Part shown: piece by piece, positions 1-12,860 of the stretch
How positions within the stretch are numbered: the first letter of the stretch is position 1
How the letters are laid out: every line of letters begins with the position of its first letter
NCBI GenBank assembly: GCA_951406725.2
Contig: OX597829.1
Location: forward strand, 27,714,001 to 27,778,000
Source of the DNA: Octopus vulgaris
Lineage: Eukaryota
Length of the DNA stretch: 64,000 nt
Reading direction: 5' to 3'
The notes under the pieces: model-generated
What the model was told of the DNA's origin: nothing
Databases searched by the model: none
What the model saw: the letters and a program-made list of their open reading frames with translations, nothing else
Position numbers and translations under genes: made by a program

Positions 1-1717
1 TGAAATTTCAAACTTTAATTGCTAATAACTATTTATTGATTTATAGCGAAGATAATTTCACGGCCTTCATTAGCCAATAAAAGTGTATCATTACATTGAA
101 AATGAAATCAATTTGAATAGACTTAGATCCAGCCAAATCGACTAGATCCTCCTTCATTTAATGTCTAACTGCTTTTATGTATAACTGTACATAAAAACAT
201 GTACGAAAGTAAATACGCACTCACACACACACACTAGAGAAAGAGAGAATGAGTGAGTGAAAACGAGTTTACTATATTAACGTATAAACTTGAAACTCGC
301 ATTTAGTATTTGTGTTAAACATTTTCAATATTTTCTTGCTCTCTGGTCTCTTGTCTCACTCTCGCTCGTTCTGTCTTTCAACCTTACCCCCGTTTTTCTG
401 AAACGCGCGCGCACACACACCACACACACTAAACATGTCGCACTTAGTGATTTATAAAACGTGCAGCGCCGCTTTACTTGTAGTGAAAGTATAACGTTAT
501 TCAGATGTTACTACTAACGGTTCCCCATTTATTCTGAAGGAATGTCTTTTCTTTCAAGATAACCCCCTACTGAGAGGGGAGAGAGAGAGAGACAAAAAGG
601 CAGACAGACAGAGAAATAAAGACGTTCTTTTAAAGAACAAATTCTGATGACGTTGTTTGGACGGTAGAAATGAGAGTTTAAGGCGTCAGAAGAAGTCCGG
701 TAAATATTTGTTAAAACATTACTTCGGAAATGATTGAAAGATATTTTCGAAAATCTGTATTGATGGAAATAAATTTCTGCGATTCTCTGTCTGCGATATT
801 TATTTATTTATTTATTTATTTGTTTGTTTTTTGTTTGTATTTTTTTTGTCACACTTTCATCCTTATTATATTTGTACTTTGTAGTTTGGAATTGAACAAA
901 AATTACAATTTAGTGTATGAACCCTATAAAGTTTTGAGGTTTAAAGGAAAGGTTCAAGTCCTTATTTTGTGAAAACTTTATTAAATTAGAATAAACTGTG
1001 ATATTTCAAGACTTATATAAAGGTGAGTTGACAGAATCGTTACTGCGCCGGGATAAATGTTTAGCGACATTTCGGTCGACTTAGCCATTCATCCTTTTGG
1101 AGTCGATACATAAATACCAGTTGAGCACTGGGGTCGATGTAAGTGACTTATCTCCACCCCGACCTTGCTAACCTTATGTCAAAATTCGAAACCAATATTT
1201 CAAGAATTATAATGAAAAAGAGTGTCTAAATTCTGTATGAAGTGGTCGAAGTAACTGGTGGGAAGACGTTAAATCTATTTATAAATATTTACAAACCAGT
1301 TAGTAGCATTGTGTAGCTCGTATGCAATAAGATATGTACTCGCAGTAATTCGTAATTGCGTTTGTTTGAAATTATTCTTGTAATTAGAGGAGTGGATTCT
1401 GTTCCGGACGTCGTCTTTTAAATATCATACTCTCAAATGATCAAGGCGCCATGTGAGATAACTTCTTTTTTTTTTTTTTTTTGAATAGGTCAACTTATTT
1501 TAAAAGAAAAGGCTCAATTTTTGATAAACAAAATATCTGTGCGTTTTGATATTTCGAGTTGGACAATAATCTTCCAACACATATGTGTGTGTATACACAT
1601 TATAGATATATATGATATATGTTTGTATGTACATATATATGCGTATATATCATCATCATCATCATTTAACGTCCGCTTTCATGATGGCATAGGTAGGAAC
1701 ACAGACACACATACTCA

Positions 1718-1777
<60 letters not shown>

Positions 1778-1854
1778 AACACACAAGTACAAAACAAGGT
1801 GAAGAAAAATAGAACTCGAATAGTGTAATATGCTTTTATGAAAGCTGCAAAATT

Positions 1855-1908
1855 ATCACAAAGCTTTTACTCAGAGTTTCATGTTCCCGTTCGTCGGACG
1901 ACTGTGAT
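1855..1908 (-). ncRNA. Minimal type I hammerhead-like motif (U4C core variant), left arm of an inverted repeat
   Basis: Minus strand reads ATCACAGTCGT-CCGACGA-ACGGGAACAT-GAAAC-TCTGA-GTA-AAAGCTTTGTGAT; inverted copy of 2767-2821. Confidence 0.55.
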
Positions 1909-1958
1909 GAATGCTGAATTAAAATCGTGATTGTATATGTAATATAGTGTTATTTAAA

Positions 1959-2400
1959 GGCGGTGAGCTGGTAGAAATGTTAGCACGCCGAGCGAAATGC
2001 TTAACAGTATTTTCGTCTGTCTTCACGTTCTGAGTTCAAATTCCGCAGAGGTCGACTTTGCCTTTCATCCTTGGGGGTCGATAAATTAAGTTCCAGTTGG
2101 TGCTGGGGTCGATCTAATCGACTGGCCCACTCCCCCCAAATTTCAGGCCTTGTGCCTAGAGTAGAAAAGATTCTATAATTTTAAAGGCGGTGAGCTGGTA
2201 GAAATGTTAGCACGCCGAGCGAAATGCTTAGCAGTATTTTCGTCTGTCTTAATCTTCTGAGTTCAAATTCCACCGAGGTCGACTTTGCCTTTCATCCTAT
2301 TGGGGTCGATAAATTAAGTACCAGTTGTGTACTGATGTCGATCTAATCGACTGGCCCACTCCCCCAAAATTTCGGGCCTTGTGCCTAGAGTAGAAAAGAA
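1959..2400 (+). mobile_element. Two tandem SINE family B copies (tRNA-like head + Nin/Deu-type central domain): 1959-2170 and 2186-2400
   Basis: GGCGGTGAGCTGGTAGAA head, GAGTTCAAATTCC B-box-like motif, GCCTTTCATCCT..GGGGTCGATAAATTAAGTACCAG central domain; more than 20 related copies in the window. Confidence 0.85.
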
Positions 2401-2766
2401 TATATTATGTAATATAATTCAAATCAATATCTATGTATATACAACGTAGATGTATTTTTTAACACCCAACTTGCAATCCTGTTCTTTCATTTTCAATATT
2501 AAAGTAATAATTATTTATTTTCTGAACATACTCCCCACTCTACGCAAGGTTTTTTTTTTTTTTTTCGTCGATCTTATTGCAATATTTATATTTATACTTT
2601 ACTGTTAATTTTCACATCTCCCTACCACACAACTTGTAACGAAGATTACATTGTTATGGTTTGAAAATCATCCACCCAATCAAATTCAAATGCTTATTCG
2701 TTGATTTGAATTATATATCACATAACTTTATATTCCATGTACAATCATGATATTAATTCAGTATTC

Positions 2767-2821
2767 ATCACAATTGTCCGACGAACGAGAACATGAAACT
2801 CTTGAGTAACAGTTTTGTGAT
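2767..2821 (+). ncRNA. Minimal type I hammerhead-like motif (U4C core variant)
   Basis: ATCACAATTGT-CCGACGA-ACGAGAACAT-GAAAC-TCTTGA-GTA-ACAGTTTTGTGAT: stem I TGT/ACA extended by ATCACAA/TTGTGAT, stem III ACTC/GAGT, GUA site at 2806-2808; stem II weak; AATAAA follows. Confidence 0.6.
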
Positions 2822-2856
2822 ATTTTTGCAGCCTTAATAAAAAGTATATATATATA

Positions 2857-3000
2857 TATAACCAAGAAAAAAGCAACAATAATGGATCCGATCCATTCTT
2901 GTTGCTTTTTTTCTTGGTTATAATCACCCCACATAACTTTATGGTTAATACCATAAAGAATTCTGGTGCATCATTTGAATTCATTTGAATCTTAATTGTT
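2857..3000. repeat. Palindrome (2857-2922) plus flank homologous to the inverted 62732-62872 segment; Penelope-type terminal remnant
   Basis: TATAACCAAGAAAAAAGCAACAATAATGGATC-C-GATCCATTCTTGTTGCTTTTTTCTTGGTTATA; ATAATCACCCCACAT..TCTGGTGCATC matches the reverse complement near 62780-62845. Confidence 0.65.
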
Positions 3001-3006
3001 TTGCTG

Positions 3007-3072
<66 letters not shown>

Positions 3073-3079
<7 letters not shown>

Positions 3080-3188
3080 GGAGCTTCTACAGGACTAGAA
3101 CTGTTTCATTCAAAGGAAATCATCAGGAAGCTTCCTGATGATTTCATTTGAATGAAACAGTTCTAGTCCTGTAGAAGCTCCTTCTATA
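3073..3188. ncRNA. 116-bp palindrome encoding a type I hammerhead ribozyme motif on each strand
   Basis: Centre AAG|CTT at 3130/3131, one mismatch (3115/3146). Plus strand: AGCTTC-CTGATGA(3135-3141)-TTTCATTTGAAT-GAAACAG-TTCTAGTC-CTGTA(3173)-GAAGCT. Confidence 0.8.
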
Positions 3189-3265
3189 AAATAAATTAAT
3201 TTACTCTGCCATGTATTGAGTACCTTATTTACTGTGGTTAACCCCGACTCAACCCGGGACCTACA

Positions 3266-3316
<51 letters not shown>

Positions 3317-3679
3317 CATTTTGGGGGGCAGACAGTATAGTTTAATCAGCTTCTTAAGAATTTCGTATTCTAAAATTGTATCATTTTTTAAAAAAATTCC
3401 CAATAACATTTATCGAAACGGCGAAGACTCATATTTATATAAGCTGTTTCATGACTAGGCTATTGTTTTTCGAGAAAGTAACTAACGTTATCATTTAAAT
3501 CAAAACTTTATCATTTATTCACTTGTTTTCATTTTGTAAGTAGTTTGAAGGATATCACCACAGTATGTCAATTTTTTATTTTTATTGACTTCTATTCAAT
3601 CCATTCATCTTTGCTCACTATTCCTGGCAAAAGTGTGGGGATAATTCCATATTTTAATTTCACAGGCATCTTTTATCTC

Positions 3680-3850
3680 ACTTTCTGTCTGGACAGACTA
3701 AGGCGATGGATATTACCCAACTATCTCGGTCTTGGTTTTACTGCTAGCTCTCCTACCGGTAGATTCAGCTTGAAGAATCCCTCTTGTAGTTCTTTCCTGC
3801 AACATTCTAACTACATGTCTGTAGTACCAGAGCTGTGGACCTTCTATTTA
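3680..3850 (-). mobile_element. Degenerate RTE-type LINE ORF C-terminal fragment
   Basis: Minus translation PQLWYYRHVVRMLQERTTRGILQAESTGRRAS resembles the RTE motif QLRWFGHVxRM..R.P..IL..G.R.RGRP. Confidence 0.6.
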
Positions 3851-4011
3851 ATTTCTTAATTTTAAATACTAAACTTTTAAGACTTTGTAAGCTTGAAACA
3901 ACACAAACTTCAAGATCCTTCTTTATATTAGGGAAACCTTCATATAAAGTTACTCTGAAAACACGATTTGTACGATTAAGTTGTATTGTTAGGATTTCTC
4001 GTTAACAACTA

Positions 4012-4536
4012 CTGTATTTCATAGTATGTAACAAACACTTCCCTCTCCCCAGAAAAGTGTCTCAAAAACTCACCCATGTGTTAAGGTGGGTTTCTATTAC
4101 ATGCCTTAATACACTAAAAACCGTTTTTTTTTTCCTGAATATACATGGTCTGATCAATAAGTATCCGGACTGTTGCCATAGGAACGAAGCTAAAGTACGC
4201 AGAGGGGAGCCGCTTGGCACAGATTAACCTTGAACTCTGTTGTGCATGCGCACTAAGTTTTAACTTACTTCTGCTGTTTACAGCAGTGCTTGGTCGATCG
4301 CACGCTATACACGTTCCTTCCAAGCACTGCTGTAAATAGCGTAAGTGAGCTAGAATGTTAAAACTTAGTGTACATGCACAGCAGAGTTCAAGGTCAATTT
4401 GTGCCAAGCGGCTTCACTCTGTGTGCTTTAGCTTCGTTACTATGACAACTTTCGGATACTTATTGATCAGACCTCGTATTGTTGAAATTGAGGCGCGTCT
4501 GTTATGTCCGTGCATCTTTTATGCTATTGAATACGG
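4012..4536. mobile_element. Old pogo/Tc2-like MITE hosting a mariner-type MITE
   Basis: TA|CTGTATTTCATAGTATGTAA ... TTTTATGCTATTGAATACGG|TA imperfect TIRs with TA flanks. Confidence 0.55.
4144..4476. mobile_element. Mariner-type MITE, almost entirely fold-back (~150-bp arms)
   Basis: TA|CATGGTCTGATCAATAAGTATCCG ... CGGATACTTATTGATCAGACCTCG|TA; arms pair inward to ACAGCAGTGCTTGG / CCAAGCACTGCTGT. Confidence 0.85.
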
Positions 4537-4749
4537 TATGCCCAGAAGAATATTAATAGGACTCTCGAAGAGGAAGTACTTTTGTGGGGAATCATCAGAA
4601 GACAGGAAAAAATATTCATCGATTGGTACGTATAAAAATTTGGTGGGTGGATTTCAAAATTAAGTTTCTTGTGTTCTAATTCTGCCAAAAACGTTCTTAA
4701 CCAGTTTAAAGATAATGAGAGATTATATAACTTGGGATGTACTTGCTCT

Positions 4750-4789
<40 letters not shown>

Positions 4790-4791
<2 letters not shown>

Positions 4792-4880
4792 GGGAGAGTT
4801 TACGAAAAAAAACAAAAGACGAAGACAGGTGGTGTACAAAACAAACAGAGGTATTGGTATAACGCTCAGGAATAGAAATA
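4790..4880 (-). repeat. (TA)n-embedded repeat fragment, same family as 11990-12175 and 21305-21415
   Basis: AGGGAGAGTTTACGAAAA..CGCTCAGGAATAGAAA is the reverse complement of TTTCTATTCCTGAGCG..TTTTCGTAAACTTTCCCT at 12088-12175. Confidence 0.7.
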
Positions 4881-4888
4881 TATATATA

Positions 4889-4967
<79 letters not shown>

Positions 4968-5139
4968 CATATATATATATATGTTCTCTCTCCCCCCTTC
5001 GTTTCTTCTCTCTTCCTTTCTCTAATTCTCTTTATCTCTCCTTCTCCCCCTTTCGTTTTGCCTCTCTCATCCTTTCTCTAATTCTTTTCCTCTCTCCTTC
5101 ACCGTTCTCTCTTTCCCACTCTTCTCCTTTACTCTCTCG

Positions 5140-5610
5140 CTGCTCACACGTGACCACCAGCCATCTTTCCTTTCCTAACTTGATCTTCTTTCTTTCCTTT
5201 TGATCTGCCACACAGATCACACGCATTTTTGTCTGCCTCCCTCCTCTCTTTTTCTCCTGTCAACGGTTGTTCTTCCAGCGTTCGCCTTCTCACCGCGTTA
5301 TGGTTTAGTAGTCCTTACTGTTTGTTTTCACTGTCCTGTTTTTGTTACCAACTTTGACCCTCCGCAAATCCCAAATTTTATTTTGCTTTGCAGGAGCAAC
5401 TGTTTTCTTGAAGACATATCTTGTCGTAATTGCTCGAAATGTGGAGTAGATAAAACAGCCGACAACTAATGAAGGGTCGTTCTTTATGTTACTTGTCTTG
5501 TCTTCTATGTGTTTCTTTCGTTGTTCGCAAAGAAAGTTCGTATTCCATGTTTTCGTATTTCGTATTTCATGTTGTTTACGTTTTATGACGTCCTGTACCC
5601 ATACATGCAT
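5140..5610 (+). repeat. (TA)n-associated repeat; 3' part shared with 52958-53120
   Basis: GACAACTAATGAAGGGTCGTTCTTTATGTT..TGACGTCCTGTACCCATACATGCAT vs GACAACTGAGCAAGGGGAATATTCTTTATGTT..TGATGTCCTGTACCCGTATATGCAT. Confidence 0.55.
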
Positions 5611-5664
5611 ATGTATATGCATGTATGTATGTACATATATGTACGTATATATGCAAATATATAT

Positions 5665-5719
<55 letters not shown>

Positions 5720-5751
5720 TGCATGCATATATATATATGTATATATATGCA

Positions 5752-5792
<41 letters not shown>

Positions 5793-5808
5793 CTATGTAT
5801 GTATGTAA

Positions 5809-6018
5809 AGGTAGCGAGCTGGCAGAATTGTTAGCAAGCCGGGGAAAATGTTAGGCGGCGTTTGGTCCGACACTAAATTCCGAGTTCAACTTCCACCGAG
5901 GTCAACTTTGCCTTTCATCCTTTCGGTCGATAAAATAAATACCAGTTCAACACCGGAGTCGTTGTAATCGATTTAGCTCCGCACAGAATTTACTGGTCTT
6001 GTGCCAAAATTTGAAATA
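5809..6018 (+). mobile_element. SINE family B copy
   Basis: GGTAGCGAGCTGGCAGAA head, Nin-type domain, TTGTGCCAAAATTTGAAA tail. Confidence 0.8.
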
Positions 6019-6058
6019 AATATATATTATATACATACATGTATATATGTGTGTGTGT

Positions 6059-6095
<37 letters not shown>

Positions 6096-6173
6096 CTGTA
6101 TTAGTCACACAGAGCTGAACACAGAGGGGGGGTGAACAAAATAAAATAAAAATAAAATATAAAAAGGGGGTAG

Positions 6174-6239
<66 letters not shown>

Positions 6240-6525
6240 GTATATATTATATATATATGTATATATAATATATATATGTATATAAATTATATATATGTAT
6301 ATAAATTATATATATATATATAATATATTTATAATATATATATATATAATATATATGTATTAATATATAATATATTTAAATTTATATATATATATATAAT
6401 ATATATGTATACATGCGTAATATATATGTATGTATGATATATATATACTTGAATCATATATATCTGTGTTTGTGTGTGCATGTATACATATATACACGAG
6501 TAATATATATACGTGTTTGTGTGTG

Positions 6526-6571
<46 letters not shown>

Positions 6572-7261
6572 TACACTTGCGTACATATTCATATGTATAT
6601 ATAAATATATATACATATCTATTTATACGCACTCACACACAGAAAGACATACACAGTATATTAATTTTAAAAGCGAAAATTTCTTACGTGCATGTAAATT
6701 AAGTGAATAAAAATAGAGAGAGAGAGTTTCTTAAATTAAACAACAATAATTATCCTAATAATGATAACAATAAACAAACTAAGATTCATAAAATATTCAT
6801 AGTAGATGATATTGCGCTGTAGTGGCCATTTTGTTCAACTTGATTCGTATCATTGTTATCGGCCATTAAAGCAAAGGCTTGTAAAGTTGGAGGGAAAACT
6901 GAATGAAATAACGTTTTATTATTATTATCGTTATTTCTTTAGCTGCTAACATCAGCGCTGTTAATAAGTCACGTGATACGGCTGCGATGTTTGTTCCTTT
7001 TTAAATTTTAGCAGTGTAATTCGACGTTTTCTGAAACTCGAAGTTGTAACAATTATTAGTTCACTCATAATAGGTGTGAAAAATCATAACCTTAAAATTT
7101 ACCCTGTGTGCACAGGCATGGTTATGTATTCAAGACGCTCGCTTTCCGTACACGTGGTTTCTTGTTTAGTCCCATTGTGCAGCTTTTTGAGCAAGTGTCT
7201 TCTACAAAAAGTTCGAGGCATTATTGGCCTTGTGAGTTAATTCGGAAGACGGAAAACTGTA

Positions 7262-7328
<67 letters not shown>

Positions 7329-7338
7329 CACACACACA

Positions 7339-7615
7339 TTCATTTATTCTTTTACTGGTTTCAGTCATTTGACTGCGGCCATGCTGGAGCACCGCCTTTA
7401 GTCGATCAAATCGACCCCCAGGACTTATTGTTTGTAAGTCTAGTATTTATTCTATCGGTCACTTTTACCGAACCGTTAAGTTATACGATAGACTTCTTTC
7501 AGTTTCCGTCTACCAAATCCACTCACAAGGTTTTGGTTGGCCTGACGCTATAGTAGAAGACACTTGCCCAAGTGATTTGGAAGCAAGCTTCTTACCACAC
7601 AGCCACTCCTGCGCC
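7339..7615 (-). mobile_element. SINE family A copy, internally deleted
   Basis: Matches family A consensus (GGCGCAGGAGTGGCTGTGTGGTAAG head; CAGCATGGCCGCAGTCAAATGACTGAAAC tail). Confidence 0.85.
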
Positions 7616-7769
7616 TATATATATATAATATATATATATTATATATATATACACACACATATATATATATATTATTCAGTAGTATGTGGTGTATAATTTT
7701 ATATATACTTAAAATGAGTTAGATATTAAATGAAGGACAATTTTGTTTTTTAAAGGAAAATATCAAATC

Positions 7770-8427
7770 TACAATAGACACAAGGCCCAAAATTCTGGAG
7801 GGGAAGGGACTGTCAATTGTATCGATCTCGGCACTTGATTGGAACTGTATTCTGTCGACTTCGATAGGATGAAATGCAAAGTCGACCTCGATGGTATTTG
7901 AACTCAGAATGTAAAGAGGAAGAAGAAGCATTTTGTCCAACATACTAACAATTCTGCCACCTCGCCAGTAATAATCCTTTCTTCTTTTGGTAAAGTACCT
8001 GAATCTTTTATGGGAGAGCATTTGTTGGTTACATCGACCCCAGTGTTTCACGGGTATTTATTTCATTAACCCCCCGAAAGAATGAAAGGCAATGTCAACC
8101 TCGACAGAATCTACACTCAGAACGTGAAGACAGACGAAAAGGCCCTTAGCATTTAGTTTTGGCGTACCAATGATTATGCCAGCTTGCGACCCTTCAATAA
8201 TTTTTAAAGTGGTTTCAAATTTTGTCACAGAGACAGTAGTTTTTTTTTTTTTTTTTTTTTTTTTCAGAGGATAAAGGATCTAGTCAATTACATCGATTTC
8301 AGTACTTGATTAGTAATTATTTCATCAACCCACCTTGGTGGAATTTGAACTCAGAACGTAAAGACGGACGAAACGTCGCTAAGCGTTTTATCCAGCGTGC
8401 TAATGATTCTGCCAGCTCACTGCCCTT
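7770..8427 (-). mobile_element. Three consecutive degenerate SINE family B copies
   Basis: Repeated GATGAAAGGCAAAGTCGAC-like / TTGAACTCAGAAC / GCCAGCTC motifs. Confidence 0.7.
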
Positions 8428-8428
8428 C

Positions 8429-8465
<37 letters not shown>

Positions 8466-8466
8466 T

Positions 8467-8982
8467 ACATTGTTTTGTCTTGGTATAAAAGATGGGCTAC
8501 AGCAAATATTCTGCTCAATACCACAGATTTGCTTGTCAGTTGCTTGACTTTAACCAGTTGAGCATGTCCCTTAGTGGCTGACGAAATGTCCATCTCTGAT
8601 CACGAGCAGAAGTAGTGCAGGAGCATCATAGCCATGTGTTAAGAGGGATTCTTAGGGGTTTGAATAATTCACCTCTGGAAACATGGGAGTTTCGTTCAAC
8701 ATCCTTAAACAACCCTTATTCAGTGACCTTTTGAGCGGGATGGGCTACTCGACCAGAAGAAAATTCTAATTGCGCCCCACCTGCAAGGTCATGCGCTGTT
8801 TATCTTGATATAAGACCACCATGTCGCGCACAAATGGTTGTGATGCATGTGCCTGGTGTACCCTTGTCAGACGGGTAGTCATGATGAGTATACTGGGCTT
8901 CGCATATTTTACCCCAGTGTCACTTTGATGGCATGCACTGCTCTCTCACTCAATAATAATAATAACAATAATTAAAAACTAA
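8467..8982 (+). mobile_element. Family D: 5'-truncated retroelement 3' end embedded in (AAT)n
   Basis: ~490-bp sequence shared with 33787-33914, 36680-37175(-) and 45984-46397; ends CTCACTC(AAT)n and is preceded by (AAT)n. Confidence 0.75.
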
Positions 8983-9376
8983 TTGTAATATTACATATTT
9001 CATCCTTTTCGGGTCGATAAAATAAGTACCGGTTGAAGACTGGGATCGATGTAATCGACTTGTATCATCCTCCAAAATTGATGGCCTTGTACCAAAAATT
9101 GAAATCAATATTAAACAGTGAATATTCGTCGTTAGCCGTCTCATGATATAAAGTTACGAAATCAGAAAAAGATTCATTGAAGGAGAACCACGTTCCTAGA
9201 CTTGTAGAAAATTTGATTGTTTTCAAATGTTGCTCATAATTTCTTACGTAATTTTTAGCAGATGTCATCATAGCAGCTTCTTGGTTTTGCCCTGTACTGT
9301 CCATAATGTTTTTTCTCAATGTAAACCCTTGTGGTTAATAAAGAGATCATTATCATCATCATCATCATCATTATTC

Positions 9377-9593
9377 AGGCAGCGATTTGGCAGAATCGTT
9401 AGCGCGCTGCACGAAATGCTTAGCGGTATTTCGCCCCTTACTACGTTCTCAGTTCATATTCCACCGAGGTCGACTTTGCCTTTCATCCTTTCGGGGTCGA
9501 TAAATTAAGTACCAGTGAAAAACGCTGGGGTCGATGTAATCGACTAGTTCCCGACCACAAAATTTGAGGCCTTGTGCTTCCAGTAGAATGGAC

Positions 9594-9595
<2 letters not shown>
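9377..9595 (+). mobile_element. SINE family B copy with (ATT)n tail
   Basis: Full head, Nin-type domain and tail followed by (TAT)n. Confidence 0.85.
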
Positions 9596-9647
<52 letters not shown>

Positions 9648-9959
9648 GTTTAGAATGACATTTCATTTAACCTTGATTATTTCCCAGTGTAGAAATCAAT
9701 AAACCACGGGAAATTTAGACTGATGTGACGAACTCCCCAGTATGTTAGAGTAATATTCTCTAAACAAAAACAAAAATAAAAAAACTCGTTTTGACCTAAA
9801 TTTTTACAGATGTTTCATCAGAATAAAAAAAAAAACTCGTCCTTTATAACAGAAAGAGAAAGAAATTATTTTCATTGAATTTTTTCAATCTATATTTGTA
9901 TGATATATACATACATACATACATATATACATACATACATACATACATACATACATACA

Positions 9960-9994
<35 letters not shown>

Positions 9995-10007
9995 CTATAT
10001 ATATATC

Positions 10008-10039
<32 letters not shown>

Positions 10040-10217
10040 TGTATATATATATATGTATGTGTGTGTGTGTGTGTGCGTGTGTGTGTATTTGTACAGTAAT
10101 AGATCTTTTTAGAAATGATCTACAGTAGTTTTCATAAAGTGTGTGTGAGTATACACACGCACGCACGCACGAATACGCGCGCACATTCATACGTACACAC
10201 ACATACACACACGCATA

Positions 10218-10250
<33 letters not shown>

Positions 10251-10805
10251 TCTGGACTTGGTGAAAACATCTGCCATGTTTAAAATTGGCTTCTAGAACA
10301 TTCTTCATTCGCTTCAGCAGTTTGCCAAATCATTATACACACACACGTGTGTGTCTGTGTGTGTGTGTGCAAGCGTGTACTAAAAGTATATGATATAATA
10401 TACAATTATGTATGTAATACGATATAAACTAATCTATAATGTATAACATATCCAATAATACATTTTGTTTCTAACATAGGCACAAGACCAGAACTTCGGA
10501 AGAGTTGGGGCGGGGGCAGTTCATGATATCAGCCTTTTGACTGGTTCTACAATTATTTTGTCAGCTCCGAACAGTAGAAAGGCAAAGTTGACCTTATTTT
10601 ATGCTGTCATAATGTGTGCGTGCGTGCGTGCGTACATGCGCGTGCACGCACGTGCTTGTGTGTGTGGTCGTTTATTGTCCGTCTGTATATGTAAATGTGT
10701 ATGTGTATGTATTGACCCATATAAGCACGAAAAAAATGGACGTTAAAATAACGATTATGTATGTATGCATGTAGGTATTCGTGTGTGTATGTATATATGT
10801 ATGTT

Positions 10806-10839
<34 letters not shown>

Positions 10840-11723
10840 TACTACATACACACGCATATATATATAGAGAGACAGACAGACAGGCAGAGACAGAGATATA
10901 TCCATACATACAAATATACACATGTAGTGTATGCGTGTGTGTGTATATAAATGCACGCATACACACATACACACACACACACATACACATATATATAATA
11001 TATATGTGTGTGTGTGTGCGGCGCGCACGCATTAAAATCTAACGCAAAATTTTAAGATAGTAGCGGATCATAACATTATGAAGAGGCGGCCACTGCTAAT
11101 TTGCATGCGTGATGAATTTAATTTACCATACTCAATAGAAATCTTAGATTTAAAACTGAAATTTTAAACAAGTGGCCATAATTTAAAAAGAAAATAAGTA
11201 CCGTTGGAATAGTCCTGGGAAGCAGACGTAGTTTGGTACTTAAAGCCCCACTCCCACTCAATCTACCAACCTTGTCTTTACCTCCCTCCGTAATTATTTC
11301 TAATTAGTTTTCTTTTTTCGTAATGCTCATTGCATTTAAATATGTTAACACACACTGAAACTATTTTTCCCATGCGACTGCGACGTCCTTGTGCAAATTT
11401 CACTCTAGATCAGTGGTTTCCAATCGGAGTGTTTTAATTAGTAATTAGTGCTGTCTCGTAGTTGTTTTTGTTGTTTTTTTTTGTCTCTTGAATTTAGATA
11501 AGCGCAGGCGTGGCTTTGTGGTAAGAAGTTTTCTTCTCGACGATCTGGTTTCGAGTTCAGTGCCCACTTCGTGAAACCTTCGGCAAGTGTCTAGTACTAT
11601 AAGGCCTTGTGAGTGAACTTGGTAGACGGAAACTGAAAGAAGCCCGTCGTGTGTGTGTGTGTATTGTTTGTGTGTATGTGTGTATATATATGTATATATG
11701 TATATTATTTGTGTGTATGTGTG

Positions 11724-11769
<46 letters not shown>

Positions 11770-11950
11770 CTGATTTTTATAGTGTTAATCATCCATCACG
11801 CGAAATTATATAATTTCATGCGAAACAGATTTATAAGACCAGCCTTGATGGATTATTAACGCTATAAAATTCAGACGATATACCAGCTCTACTAACAGTT
11901 ATACGAGTGCATCTTCTCCCTCACTTGTGGTCTCTTAGACGACTCAAACA

Positions 11951-11989
<39 letters not shown>

Positions 11990-11993
<4 letters not shown>

Positions 11994-12170
11994 ATCGTTA
12001 GCTCCTACACGTATTTTTTTCTCTCCTTGTTTTTTTTTTCTGTATATCTTTCTATCGAAGAGCGTAGGCTCGAAACATAAAAGACTTTTTCTATTCCTGA
12101 GCGCTATACTAATACATTTGTTTGCTTGTACTCCTCCTGCCTTCATCTTTTGTTTATTTTCGTAAACTTT

Positions 12171-12175
<5 letters not shown>
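11990..12175 (+). repeat. (TA)n-flanked module with a degenerate hammerhead-like motif (12047-12084)
   Basis: TCTTT-CTATCGA-AGAGCGTAGGCTC-GAAACATA-AAAGA: stems I and II present, core deviates from CUGANGA. Confidence 0.4.
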
Positions 12176-12207
<32 letters not shown>

Positions 12208-12532
12208 ATATATATAACATGGTAGGAAAGTATGGGAGTGTGAAAAATCACTCTGAGTGCGTAGCAAATGAACGTTCCTCTGAATTGCTTATTGAGTATA
12301 AAGCAAGGGTGAAACGCTTTTAAAACTTTTTCATTTTCTTATTTTTTTCTCTTCAAGTTTCGCTTGAAAAGAAAAGTGAGTGAAGAAAGGATAGTACTGC
12401 TTCCCAGCAAAGTTAAGGAGAGCAGCGAAATGGCCCGAGAAAATAGACCTACTCTGATCATACACCGACCTACTCTGATCATACACCGGTAAATTGAAGG
12501 TGGGCAGCCGAGAGAAGATTTTTGCTGTAGTA

Positions 12533-12860
12533 CAGGGTTTCTTAACCATATTTTATCTGTGGACCCCTTTGATTACTATTTTATTCTGATGGACCCCCTT
12601 GGCCCTTCATTCGATACTTAAAAACTAGCTTAAAAACTTCTCTCAAAATTCCTATTTTGTTTTCCACACATTAACTTGTGTAGGTTGAAGTACGTAAAAT
12701 GTTAGAGAAAGACACTTAGATGTTTCTTGCAATACATACCAATACATACATATAAAGCAAAGTTTTTTCAGGGACCCTTAAAATACTACTGTGGATCCCC
12801 AATTTTTTTTTCATTGCTTGGATCGCTAAAATCTTATATTAAGCCGGATGAGGACCACTG
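12533..12860. mobile_element. hAT (Charlie/Buster-type) MITE
   Basis: CAGGGTTTCTTAACC ... GGATGAGGACCACTG ends, internal TGGACCCC repeats, degenerate 8-bp TSD CTGTAGTA/CTTTAGTG. Confidence 0.75.

Noticed and set aside
636-685. CTGATGA..GAAA at 644 as a hammerhead
   Set aside because: Extra bases before GAAA and no convincing stems I/III or cleavage triplet.
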